A DNA stretch of 63,888 nucleotides, counting the filler, from Trichosphaerium sp. ATCC 40318 (Eukaryota; Protista; Tubulinea): NCBI GenBank assembly GCA_038496445.1. It is 3 parts of 3 records of this genome, joined end to end, with 100 filler letters (N's around TTAATTAATTAA, not from the genome) between each part and the next. Parts side by side here need not be neighbours in the genome. Positions count along the whole stretch, not along the records: positions 24,602 to 55,776 come from JALMLS010000180.1; positions 55,877 to 63,888 come from JALMLS010000243.1; 1 more part is not named here. The stretch is one strand, 5' to 3'. The notes under the pieces are model-generated. The model was given only the letters and a program-made list of their open reading frames with translations. It made no database searches and was not told the DNA's origin. How positions within the stretch are numbered: the first letter of the stretch is position 1; the number at the start of each line of letters is the position of its first letter. Position numbers and translations under genes: made by a program. Below, piece after piece: positions 53,606-63,888 of this stretch.

Positions 53606-55030
53606 ATGTCTTTCAATAATCAATGTACGATAGTGCCCTACTGGGTTTCTTCTCATAAGTATTTAGGCACGCCTTTAAACCTAGAATCGCTTCCTTGTGA
53701 TATACAGGTGTATATTAGCAGCTATTGTAGCGAAGTGTTCGCTAAATGGTACGTTTCTTTTTTTCAAAAAAAATGTGACAGAGCGATAGGAACTTGTTGA
53801 GCAAATCTACTGCGACATCAACTCGCTACAATGAAAAGCTTAACAAAACCGGCGTTTGGTTGAAATGGCATTCAAACGGTAGATTGTCAGATAGTAGACA
53901 CTTTGTTGATGGTATCGAACATGGAGCTTTACAAGTTTGGTTTGAGAATGGGCAAACAAGAGAAAAGTCTTTCAAAGAAGAAGGTTTGTTCGAAGGTGAA
54001 ATAAAAACATGGTATGCCTCCGGACAACTTGAATCACAGGGTTTCTATAAGTCTGGTAAGAAAGAAGGTACTTATAAGATTTGGCATGAAGGAGGACAAC
54101 TCTACAAGGAAGCTATGTATTGTAACAATGTACGTCATGGCTTGCTCCGTGAGTACTTTGAGAATGGGCAAATGGCTAGCTATGTGATGATTCAAAATGG
54201 AGTTGATAACGGCTTGGTTCACTATTGGAATGAAGATGGACATATGATATTAAAGGGAACATTTGTGGACGCAAAGCCTGAAGGAAAGTTTGAAGAATGG
54301 TACACGTTACACTTTTTCCTCGTACTTTCTTAACTTTGCTCTTTGCTTTGTATTTAGCTTAACCGTATGTAGGTATGACAATGGTAACCCCAAAGTATTG
54401 TGTTGGTTTTATTCGAACAAACGAGAAGGAAAGTTTAGCGAATGGCACGAAAATGGAGCAGTTGCGGTCCAGTGTAATTATGTTGATGAGGAATTTGATG
54501 GAGAATACAAAGCATGGTATTCCAATGGTCAATTAGAAAAAGAGTGTACCTATGTAAAAGGAGCCCTTGACGGAGAACACAAGATGTGGTATGACAACGG
54601 TCAATTAAAGCACTGTAGAACTTATGTCAATGGCAAACATGACGGTACTACCAGAAACTGGTATGCCAATGGTCAAATACAATTTGAGTGTCAAGTTGTT
54701 AATGATTTAAGACATGGTACTTTTAAGCGTTGGGATAAAAGCGGTGTTCTTCTTGAGGAGAGGAAGTATATTAATGGAGTCCAAAATGGTCTGTATCAAT
54801 GTTGGTCATCAAGTGGTAGCTTAATCCTCAAGTGCACTTATTTGGACGGACGGCAACATGGTAATTGCTTTCAGAGAACTAGCAATGGTTCTATTGAAAG
54901 TCATTATAAGCACGGTCAACTACATGGTGACTATAAAGAAGTGAATGCAAAAGGTGATATTTTAAATGAGAGCAGTTACGAAAATGGTCAAGTAAAATCA
55001 AAGCCACTTAATTTTGGAACATGGATCTAA
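53606..55030 (+). CDS. F-box-like + MORN-variant repeat protein (with introns)
   Basis: LESLPCDIQVYISSYCSEVFAKW|NLLSKSTATSTRYNEKL then about 15 MORN_2 repeats; introns about 53749-53789 and 54300-54372. Confidence 0.85.
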
Positions 55031-55513
55031 TGTAGCTGAGTCTTAAAATTGAATAAATTCATTATAAAATTTCCGTTGTGGTTTTTTTCATAGTGCATCA
55101 TTTCACATAATCCTAGACGGTCAACAATACTATTTCTTACCACAACAGATGCCTAGAGTTGTTCTTGTTGGTAGAGAATTTTTCTCTAAGCAGTTGATGA
55201 AAAAGTAAAAAATGTGTCAGTAACACAGCAGTCAGCTACTCGCCTGAAACTCCCGTATATGATAGGTTAAGGTTTGTATTTCAACGAGAAGTTCGAAACA
55301 GATATGCACAATAAGTACATTATATGCAATTATCACAGAAAATATGTGCCGTGATCTTTTCAGTAAAAAAGGAACTTTTAATTCCTTATTTAAGAGCATC
55401 AACACCTTTTTCCGTCGAATGAATAGGCCAAATCTACTTAAACAGTGATGTACTACTTATCCCTGATGTGAGATCGCAAACAACGCCGTTTAAAAAACAA
55501 TTTTGTTCACTAT

Positions 55514-55612
55514 CTTATGCAACATCCCAAACAGCCAAAAATGATGTATTGTATTCAACATGCGCGTGTAGTATGTATGTATCATTTTTGGCTGTTTGGG
55601 ATGTTGCATAAG
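55514..55612. repeat. Perfect 32-bp inverted repeat (hairpin) with a 35-nt loop
   Basis: CTTATGCAACATCCCAAACAGCCAAAAATGAT (55514-55545) and its exact reverse complement (55581-55612). Confidence 0.95.
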
Positions 55613-55776
55613 TTAGAAAGAGGAAAAACACTGTAAACATTTTTAGAAAAAGTGCCCTACAACAAATGCAAAGCGTTTAGCTCGGTTTTATATCGCTAAT
55701 CAAGATCAATAAGCGGAACTTGACGTTTTTAGCGGAGCCACAACTAACGTTTTAGTGTGCGCACTCAGGTTCGATA

Positions 55777-55876
55777 NNNNNNNNNNNNNNNNNNNNNNNN
55801 NNNNNNNNNNNNNNNNNNNNTTAATTAATTAANNNNNNNNNNNNNNNNNNNNNNNNNNNNNNNNNNNNNNNNNNNN
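55777..55876. other. Artificial contig linker N44-TTAATTAATTAA-N44
   Basis: Same 100-nt six-frame-stop spacer as at 24502. Confidence 0.97.
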
Positions 55877-55993
55877 GTGGGGAAATAAGACAGAAGCCTG
55901 CAAAGAGAATAAAACGCGTAAGCATTGCAAGTTAGCCTAAATCACTCTGAGTGACGTATACGCCATTTCATGCATTTAAAAGCATAATTAGGA

Positions 55994-58218
55994 TGATCCG
56001 CAAAATCTAATCAAAACGACACCACACCGGTGTCAATTCTACGTACTCCAGGCCACTCTACACGCACAAAGCGTAGACGCGTTGTTTTTGGCAAAACGCA
56101 GTTCAGTACAGCGCCTAAGAGGAAATCCTACAAAAGTAATCAATTCTGGCTTCCAAACTTTCCTCGTCGTCGTACGAGAAGTTACTACCAAACAATAGAA
56201 GAATCGAGGTAACGGAATTATTGTATTTAACAGAAAACCATCACGTGAAAGCCTTTGTGCCAGTTTTTTTTGGATTTTTTTTGGATTTTTCTCTTCAATG
56301 TGTGCACGCACCTGTAATTTTCTTTCTTTGCTCTTACCATGCATTTATATTTACTTTGCTAATTGCTTATTAAATAAAAATACCATGTACTGATTAGTTA
56401 CTAGTTCAAGTGAGGAAGAAGAAGAACAAGTTATACTACAACAAAATATCGAACAAGAAGATGATGATCCGTTTGCTGATAAAGTTGCTTCGCTATCAAA
56501 AATGCTAGATATTGATCCAAAGTCAAGCTGGGAGGATGTGCTTGGTCTAAACGTCTCAGATGATTCAGAAGATGCTCCAGAATCAATACACTATGGGTAA
56601 CTAGTTTGTTTTGTATTAATCGTACCTCTTCTAATTTTTTTACATAGCGCAAATCCTCCACCACCCAGACAACGTAGATTATCGCAACAAGTTCCTATAA
56701 TGCAACCAAAACAAGACACAAGCTTGAATACATTAAAGAGACCTATAAAGCCTTATTTACTAAGTAGCTCTTCAAGTGATGATGAAGAACTCTATAAAAA
56801 ATATATTGTCCACCTCCTAAGAAAGTATTTCACGTGCCTTTGCCTCCTAAGAGAAAGCGTGAAACCTATGATGAAGGTACACTTGCAACAACTCCTAACG
56901 CCTACACTGGAAAGTCCAATGACGTGGATGCTGCAGAGATGGAAGAGATAAGAAGTTTCTTAAACGGTACGTTAATTTTTTTTTCGAAGATGCTTGTTTA
57001 ATGTTCTATATCAAGCCACTCCATCGCCAAAAGTAGTAATCCGTAAGACGCCAACACAGAGGGTCCAACGTAGTGTTGCGCCAGTGAGTTTTAACAGAGC
57101 GGAGGAAGATGTATACGAAAGAAGACAAAGTTTACCTTCTCGTTCCATTAAGAAGCCTGTAGTGCCTAGTAAGAAGCAAAAAATGGCACCTAAGCAAAAG
57201 CACCACAAAAGAAACGACAAATCAAACGTAGCGCTGCGTATGATGAGTTTAGTGACAGTTCAGATGAAGAAGTAGAAATGAAAGACCAAGAATTTGGTGA
57301 AGATACTATGATGTTTGAAGCAGTTTAGAAGGTGATCTTGAATCTTATGATGAAGAAGACGTGTCTAGTGATGATGATAATAATAAAGAAGAAAGCTTTG
57401 AAGAGGACGAAGAGAAAGAAGAAACATCAAAAAGTGTAAAAAATCCTGAGGATAGTTTCAGTTTTGATGTTGCTGCAATAAAGGCCAAAATGGGTGCGTT
57501 CACATATCAGATAGTACATTGTCTGATACCTTTTTTTTAGCAGCAGGAAAGTATGTACCGCCACATGTCCGTAAATCACTCGAAAGGAGTGGCAAGATTA
57601 GTGAATTGAAGCGAGTTGTACGTCGTCATTTGAATAAAGTGAGCGAAACAAATCTTACTCAGACTGCTGATTTGTTCGTTCCTCTTGTACAAAAATACTC
57701 TAGAGCAGGTAAGTACAATTCGTAGTCTACAATTAACACGTGATTTTGTAAAAAAAAAAATTGTTTGTGATGAACTGTGGACTAATTTTTTTGTTAGATG
57801 TCATTGAAGTAACCACTGAGTTGATTCTTGAAGATTGCCTGAATACAAAACAAGTTCATAATTTCTTGTTTGGTTATAGCGAATGATAACTATATTACAT
57901 GTTCTTATTGGCATGGAAGCGGGAGCTCATTTTAACTGAGCTGGCACGTATGTTTGATAGAGAATGGCCAAAGAAGAATGAAAAAGTTTTGTCAAACTTG
58001 ATGCTTCTTTTTATGCACTTGTATAATTTTGAGGTACGGCTCTCTGTTATTAATAATTATATATATTTAAAAAGGAGACATATTATTCGCTCGGTACCAT
58101 TTGAGCATCTAGTACATGTTCAGCTAGTTTTCAAATCAGCCTGCGAAAGTTATTTTGGAAGTTATTGAACTTTTTTTTTTTGGTTGCCTTTTGCTTGTTT
58201 GTTGGAGGTTATTGATTG
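55994..58218 (+). CDS. NOM1/Sgd1-like nucleolar MIF4G protein, 3'-truncated and frameshifted
   Basis: Acidic low-complexity region, then GKYVPPHVRK..LKRVVRRHLNKVSETNL..NLMLLFMHLYNFE|VID; no MA3 domain follows; 5' limit uncertain. Confidence 0.6.
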
Positions 58219-59339
58219 GTTGCTATTAAAAAAATGGTTATAAAGAGTGCTAATATGCAAGAGCTAAAAACAGAGATTTATATAATGAAAACGAGTAACC
58301 ATAGAAATATTGTATCATATATTAATAGCTTTGTACTTGATGATATGTTATGGGTTGTTATGGAATATATGGATGGTGGTACTCTTGCTGAACTCATAGA
58401 GTATCATGCTAGCGTACCTCTAAGTGAAGTTCAAATGAGATATATTATTTTCAACATAATGAAGTGCGTTGCTCTGTTTTTTTCCTTCGTTCTCACAATT
58501 TTCTTATCTTTTTTCTCTTCAATGTTCTTTGTTAATTTTTTTTCTAGAGGATTGAATTATATTCATGCTATGCATAGAATACATCGAGATATAAAGTACG
58601 CTAGGGATTTTGCTTTGCAAGGTTTTTATTTTTTTCTCAAACGCGTAGCTGCGTTTGCTTTACGCGTTCATTTCAAAACTATTCTTAAGTGCTTATGCTT
58701 GCTTTAGGTCTGATAATGTCTTGTTATCGCGAAGGGGTGATGTTAAAATTGCTGATTTTGGTGAGTCTTGAGATACTTTAGATTTAATGCTAACGAGTAT
58801 AAAGGCTTTGCCGTACAGCTCACAAAAAAGCAACGCACACGCAAAACAACGCTTGGTACTCCATATTGGATGGCTCCTGAGCTCATAAGAGGTAAAAAAT
58901 ATGGCTTGAAAGTGGATATTTGGAGTACGGGATACTTACTATGAGATGCTTGAGGTAGTCAATTTTTTTTTTTTTGATGCAAGTTGCTTATAAATTATCT
59001 AAGGGTGAACCACCTTATATTGAGTTACCATCACTCAAAGCGCTTCTTATGATAAGTAAGAAAGGCGCACCAAATCTTCAGCACCCTGAAAAGTGGACAG
59101 ATGTCTTTAAGGTACGAACAACATTGAAGTGTTAAGGTGGGTATTTAATTTTTTTTTAGGACTTTTTAAGCAAGTGTTTAATGAAGAAACCACGTGATCG
59201 TTCAACAACAGCTGAGTTGATGAAGCATCAGTTTATGCTTCTAGCAGCAAATGATAGTCCAGCAGATCTTTGTCCTGCTATTGAGAGCGTGTTTAAGATG
59301 AGAGAGTTAGTTAAATCTAACTTTAGTAAGCCTACATAA
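58219..59339 (+). CDS. PAK/STE20-family kinase domain, 5'-truncated
   Basis: VAIKKM..EIYIMK..LWVVMEYMDGGTL..IHRDIK|SDNVLL..IADFG..GTPYWMAPELI..DIWS; no Gly-rich loop upstream; frameshift near 58935. Confidence 0.8.
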
Positions 59340-60135
59340 AAAGGCGTTGTTGGTTTTGCTTTTTTTTTTGAAAGAAAAAAAATTGAAACGAAAAAAAAAA
59401 AGGAATGAGGGGGTTACAGTGCTGTTACACTGCAACTTTTTCTCTTTTTGTTTTGTTTCTGTTAAATCCAGATTATTTGTACATTAGATTATTGTAAAGG
59501 AAATATCAATGGTGTTAACATAAAATATTATTTAAATGCCAAGTTGCAAACGTTTTTTTTTGTTGTTGGTTTAGGAAAGGTATTGTTGACGGGTTTAGTG
59601 TTGCTTGAGTATAACTGCATGCTGTTGATATGATTAGTAACAGAAGTAGTAGGGTAGATATTGGTTGTTTTAAAAAGTGGCCGCTGGGCAAGAGCGTTGT
59701 ACTTTTTGCCTTTGAGAAAACATGTCTTGAAAGACATCCCTTTTTATTTATTACACCAAACAAAAATTAACAAGTCAGACCACCACAGTTTAAGTAGAGC
59801 TATCGAAGCAGAAAAGTACTTGTTTTTTAGCTGTTAAAAGCCAGCGCGACTTGATATAGCATAAGAACTTAATAGCAAAACCAACAACTTTTTATATGGC
59901 TTACTAAATGTAAGATAGAAGAGCGTTGAAACTGTCTAGCTAGTTGTAAATGCGGGAACCGGACTTACACATCAAACACTTTCACAACGGATGACCTAGA
60001 TCATTGATATCATGTGGGAAACCTTCCGCGTTTTGTGCTCAAATACTCTTCCACTCACTAGAAAGTGCTGTAAACGAAAGCTAAGGCTGTAAATAAACTG
60101 GAATTCTATTGACAATCATATCACAAATTTTATTA

Positions 60136-61017
60136 TTACTTACATTGTCCGTCTTCATACCATTCCTTACATTTACCATACTGTTTACCATCAACAAATG
60201 TGCATTGAAACCTTAATTGTCCATTATCGTACCATCCTTATTTTCACCATGTTTTTACCATCAACCCACATGCACTGGTACTTTAGTTGTCCATTCTTAT
60301 ACCATATCTTACTTTCACCATGTTGTTTGTCACAAACCCGTAACTTGTGGTACTGAAGTTGCCCATTTTCATACCATCCTTTACTGTCACTGTGTTGTGT
60401 ACCATCAACCCAAAAGCTAATGTCCTTAAGTTGTCCATTTTCATACCATCCCTTACTTTCACCGTGCTGTTTACCATCAGCCCACATACATTGCTCCTCA
60501 AGCTGACCATTATCATACCATCCCTTACTTTCACCGTGCTGTTTATCATCAACCCACATGCTTTTTTCCTCTAGCTGGCCATTTTTATACCATCCCTTAC
60601 TTTCACCATGCTGTTTACCATCAACCCACATACATTGCTCCTCAAGCTGACCATTATCATACCATCCCTTACTTTCACCGTGCTGTTTATTATCAACCCA
60701 CATGCATTGACTCTTTTGGTGTCCATTTTCATACCATTCTACACTAAGGCCATTTTTTTACCATCAACTGATACATACTGCCTCTTAAGTTTTCCACTCT
60801 CATACCATTGTTTACATATCCCACTCATACAATATTTATGAAGCCTTACCTTACCACTTCTATACCATTGTATCCATACTCCTTTCTTTTGTAACGCTTC
60901 ATCAAAATGTGTATTAGTTGCAGCTCTCTTTGATAAACTGTGGAACTTTGTGAATACTTCTTTGTTGAAAGTACAAATGTAAGTTTGAAGTTCACGTGGA
61001 ATATCCAGTAAACTCAT
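60136..61017 (-). pseudogene. F-box-like + MORN-variant repeat gene with frameshifts
   Basis: MSLLDIPRELQTYICTFNKEVFTKFHSLSK; near-identical 72-bp units with a 144-bp period (QHGESKGWY.NGQL); frame breaks near 60750 and 60240. Confidence 0.8.
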
Positions 61018-61633
61018 GGAGTGCAAATTACTTTGTATTTTTTTATGCTTTGTGGTAGACTATAAAAAAAACTACTGTCAGCAAAACACAAGGAGAACAA
61101 AAGAATCTGTTGGCAATCAATGTTATCAAAAGTATAATGTCGGTTTTCGGTTTCGCCATTCACCGTTATTCAAAAAAAAAGTAAACACGTTTGTATTGGC
61201 TATGGTGTAATAAAAGGCCATAAATAAGTGTTCAGAAACTGTACAATGAGCATACACAGATTTAGTGAGTTTTTGAAGCGAAATACTGACAGCTCGTGGG
61301 ACACGTGACCCACAAAAAATTTCGAAGAACAGGCTCTGTGTTCATTTTACGTTGATAATCGCGTTAAAATATAGCTGTACGTACCATAGGAATACCACCA
61401 ATACACTTATAATTTTGACCCTATCTACTGTCTGTTAAACAGTTCTTTGCAGCGTATAAATGAAAGTCCAGTCAGTTCTTTTCACCGAAATTAAAACACA
61501 AAACAGTCAAAAAAATTCAAAAAACCTAAAGAAACAAAGCGTCCAAGGTACTAAGTTTGCTTTACGTTAAAGTGTTGTGTCTTAAATTTAATAAAACTAA
61601 CATACGCACGTGTTTAGAGCGATTAGCGTACAA

Positions 61634-62718
61634 ATGGAAGAAAAAGACAGGGATAATACAAACAAGCGCCTATTCGAGCTTACTGCGTTACCTACTGAAA
61701 TAATAGTGCATATTCTGAAACAAGTGACTTGTACGCTCCGTTCAGCCCAAACATGTCACCTATTGCGAGATATTATTCACAAACACGTTGGATACGGCTG
61801 TATCCATATCAGAACTGAGAATGAAGCTCAGTTGCTTGCAGGCAGTCCATTACTCCAAAATACGACCATTCACTTGAGCTATTGTTATTCAATCACAGAT
61901 GAGGTCATTGAAGCAATGAATGGTGTACATAAAATCGTCTTGTCATACACCTATATAACAGATAAAGACTTGAAGGCATTGGCAGGTGTACATACTATCG
62001 ACTTGAGCGGTTGTGACTCAATAACAGGCAAAGGTATTGCAGCATTGGCAGGAGTACATGATATTGACTTGAATGCTTGTCCGTCAATAACAGATGACGG
62101 TATTGCGGCGTTATCAGGTGTACATACTATACGCTTGAGTGATACATCAGTAACAGATTCAGGTATCACATCATTGGCAGGAGTGCATACTATCGACTTG
62201 TATAGTTGTTATTCAATAAAGACAAGGGTATTGCGGCATTGGCAGGTGTACATAAAATTATTTTATCACATACAAATGTTACAGATGAAGGATTGAAGGC
62301 GTTGGGAGGTGTACACACTATTTACTTGTTTTGTTGTAAGTCAATAACAAACAATGGTATTGCAGCATTGGCAGGTGTACATGAAATTATTTTAGCAGGT
62401 ACAAAGGTAACTGATAAAGGATTGAAGAGATTGGCAGGTGTACACACTATCGACTTGAACAGTTGTAATTCAATAACAGATTCAGGTATTGTGGCATTGG
62501 CAGGTGTACATGATATTGATTTGAGTCAGTGTATGTTGATTACAGATTCAGGTATCAAAGCACTAAAGGGTGTTCATACCATCAATTTAAGCTACACCAA
62601 TATTACAGATAAAGGTGTTAAATCACTTGCTGGTGTTCATACTATTTATATTCAAGGTACATCAGTTACAGATGAAGGTGTCAAAGCATTGCATGGAGTT
62701 CACAAGCTTGAAAAATGA
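61634..62718 (+). CDS. F-box + GVHTI-type LRR protein, one apparent frameshift
   Basis: LTALPTEIIVHILKQ..SAQTCHLLRDIIHKHVGY then about 11 LRRs; TCAATAAAGACAAG near 62218 is 1 nt short of the repeat consensus TCAATAACAGA. Confidence 0.85.
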
Positions 62719-62920
62719 ATCATTGAATGGATTATGTGAGCATAAGTGATGACAGATAACATACAAATCGACATTAAATTGACTTAATGTATGTACACAG
62801 AGATAGTTGCTAGCATTTTTTACTTTTTAATCAGGTAAAACTTTCCTTTGTTAAAAGCCACCAATAAATACTCAAGTTATCACTTTGCGGCATTAGTTTC
62901 AGACTAAAGTGAAGCCTCAA

Positions 62921-63888
62921 ATGATAGATGAAGTTTCGGAAAGTTATATATTGGCAAGTATCTTTTTTTTGTAACTATTAGTTGTTATCTATTGAACGAA
63001 GTCTCTGGCATTGACATGATACTAGTGTCGAATAAATAACAAGTAGCTCCAACCAGATGGGGTGAGATTAGATTCCATTTTACCCACTCGATTCAGGAAC
63101 ACGTGTTGAAGGCGTCATTGTCAGACCACTTTGTTGTTTCATACAACAAACTCAAAGTCGTTTTGATTAAAAACCTTATTTCTCTGAGGTTATATGATGA
63201 GGTATTGCTCGTGGAAATACGTATTCGATGCAGAGAAGGCAAAGGAATGTCAAAAAGAGGCACAAGGTATTTCTTCATTTTTTTGGATTTTTTATTCGTT
63301 TTGTCTCGCTGAGTCTTGGAGGAAAAGGATGTTGCCCCACATGGCTTATCGCTCACCAAGTGAGTCAAAGCAAGCTGTTATCATTTTCTCAGTTGACTTC
63401 GAAAAAAAACAAGACAAATTCAATCTGTCACTTCTCCTCTTTCAGTACGTTCTACATCTCCTAAAGAATCCTATGCAGTCAATAATAACTACTATGGGAC
63501 GCGTGATCCACGTGTATTCTCTTGAAAATATCTTTGGTGTTTCTTGGGCTTCAGTTGTTCATTGGAAGAAGGACAAGATGCCACAATTGATAACAGTAAA
63601 TGGAGTGTGATCAAAAACTAAACAAACAAAAATTGGGAGCCCAAGGAAAAGTGGCTTGTAGTTTTTTGGTTTTTGGTTTTTTTGCGTTTTTTTTAGTGCG
63701 GGTGATCGAAAGAAAGCTCCGATGTGTATCCTCGAGATGTATAATTTCGCACAAAGAACCATTATGGCTAGACGTCTCGCTGAATTATTTGGTACAGAAC
63801 AAGATAGGTACTCGTTATGCTCAGATGTTACAAAAAAGCTCTATGAATATCTACTGACTATTTTTTCGAATAAACACAGGGTGAACTG
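62921..63888 (+). CDS. Hypothetical multi-exon gene, runs off the window end
   Basis: Exon-like open frames WKYVFDAEKAKECQKEAQ, SWRKRMLPHMAYRSP..., CILEMYNFAQRTIMARRLAELFG separated by GT-AG introns. Confidence 0.4.

Noticed and set aside
29722-55030. Endogenous giant-virus insertion
   Set aside because: No viral hallmark genes (capsid, packaging ATPase, PolB, primase) seen; low coding density and many introns
55725-55776. GGTTCGAT T-loop-like motif suggesting a tRNA at the contig end
   Set aside because: No acceptor, D or anticodon stems can be formed upstream, and the sequence is cut by the linker

Overview
AT-rich, intron-rich eukaryotic DNA with many short GT-AG introns. The gene content (Roco GTPase, Zn2Cys6 factor, FHA-kinase, ricin-type lectins, F-box repeat families) best fits a free-living protist, plausibly amoebozoan; this is inference. 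Two artificial N44-TTAATTAATTAA-N44 linkers (24502-24601, 55777-55876) split the window into three contigs whose adjacency is unproven. Housekeeping genes: La-motif protein, double GT2 glycosyltransferase, Chk2-like kinase, TBC Rab-GAP, mitochondrial carrier, OST48/WBP1. They are interleaved with a fast-evolving accessory set: F-box + 'GVHTI' LRR genes and relics, F-box-like + MORN-variant genes, four secreted beta-trefoil lectins and two non-autonomous DNA transposon families. The most notable item is a multi-exon gene (32550-38331) encoding near-identical MORN repeats, a ROC-COR GTPase, an H-Y-E ADP-ribosyltransferase domain and a pseudo-receiver domain. It is a kinase-less Roco with a sensor-switch-effector layout, suggesting an innate-immunity-type receptor. 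Exon boundaries were read by eye and are approximate, and several frameshifts could be assembly errors.
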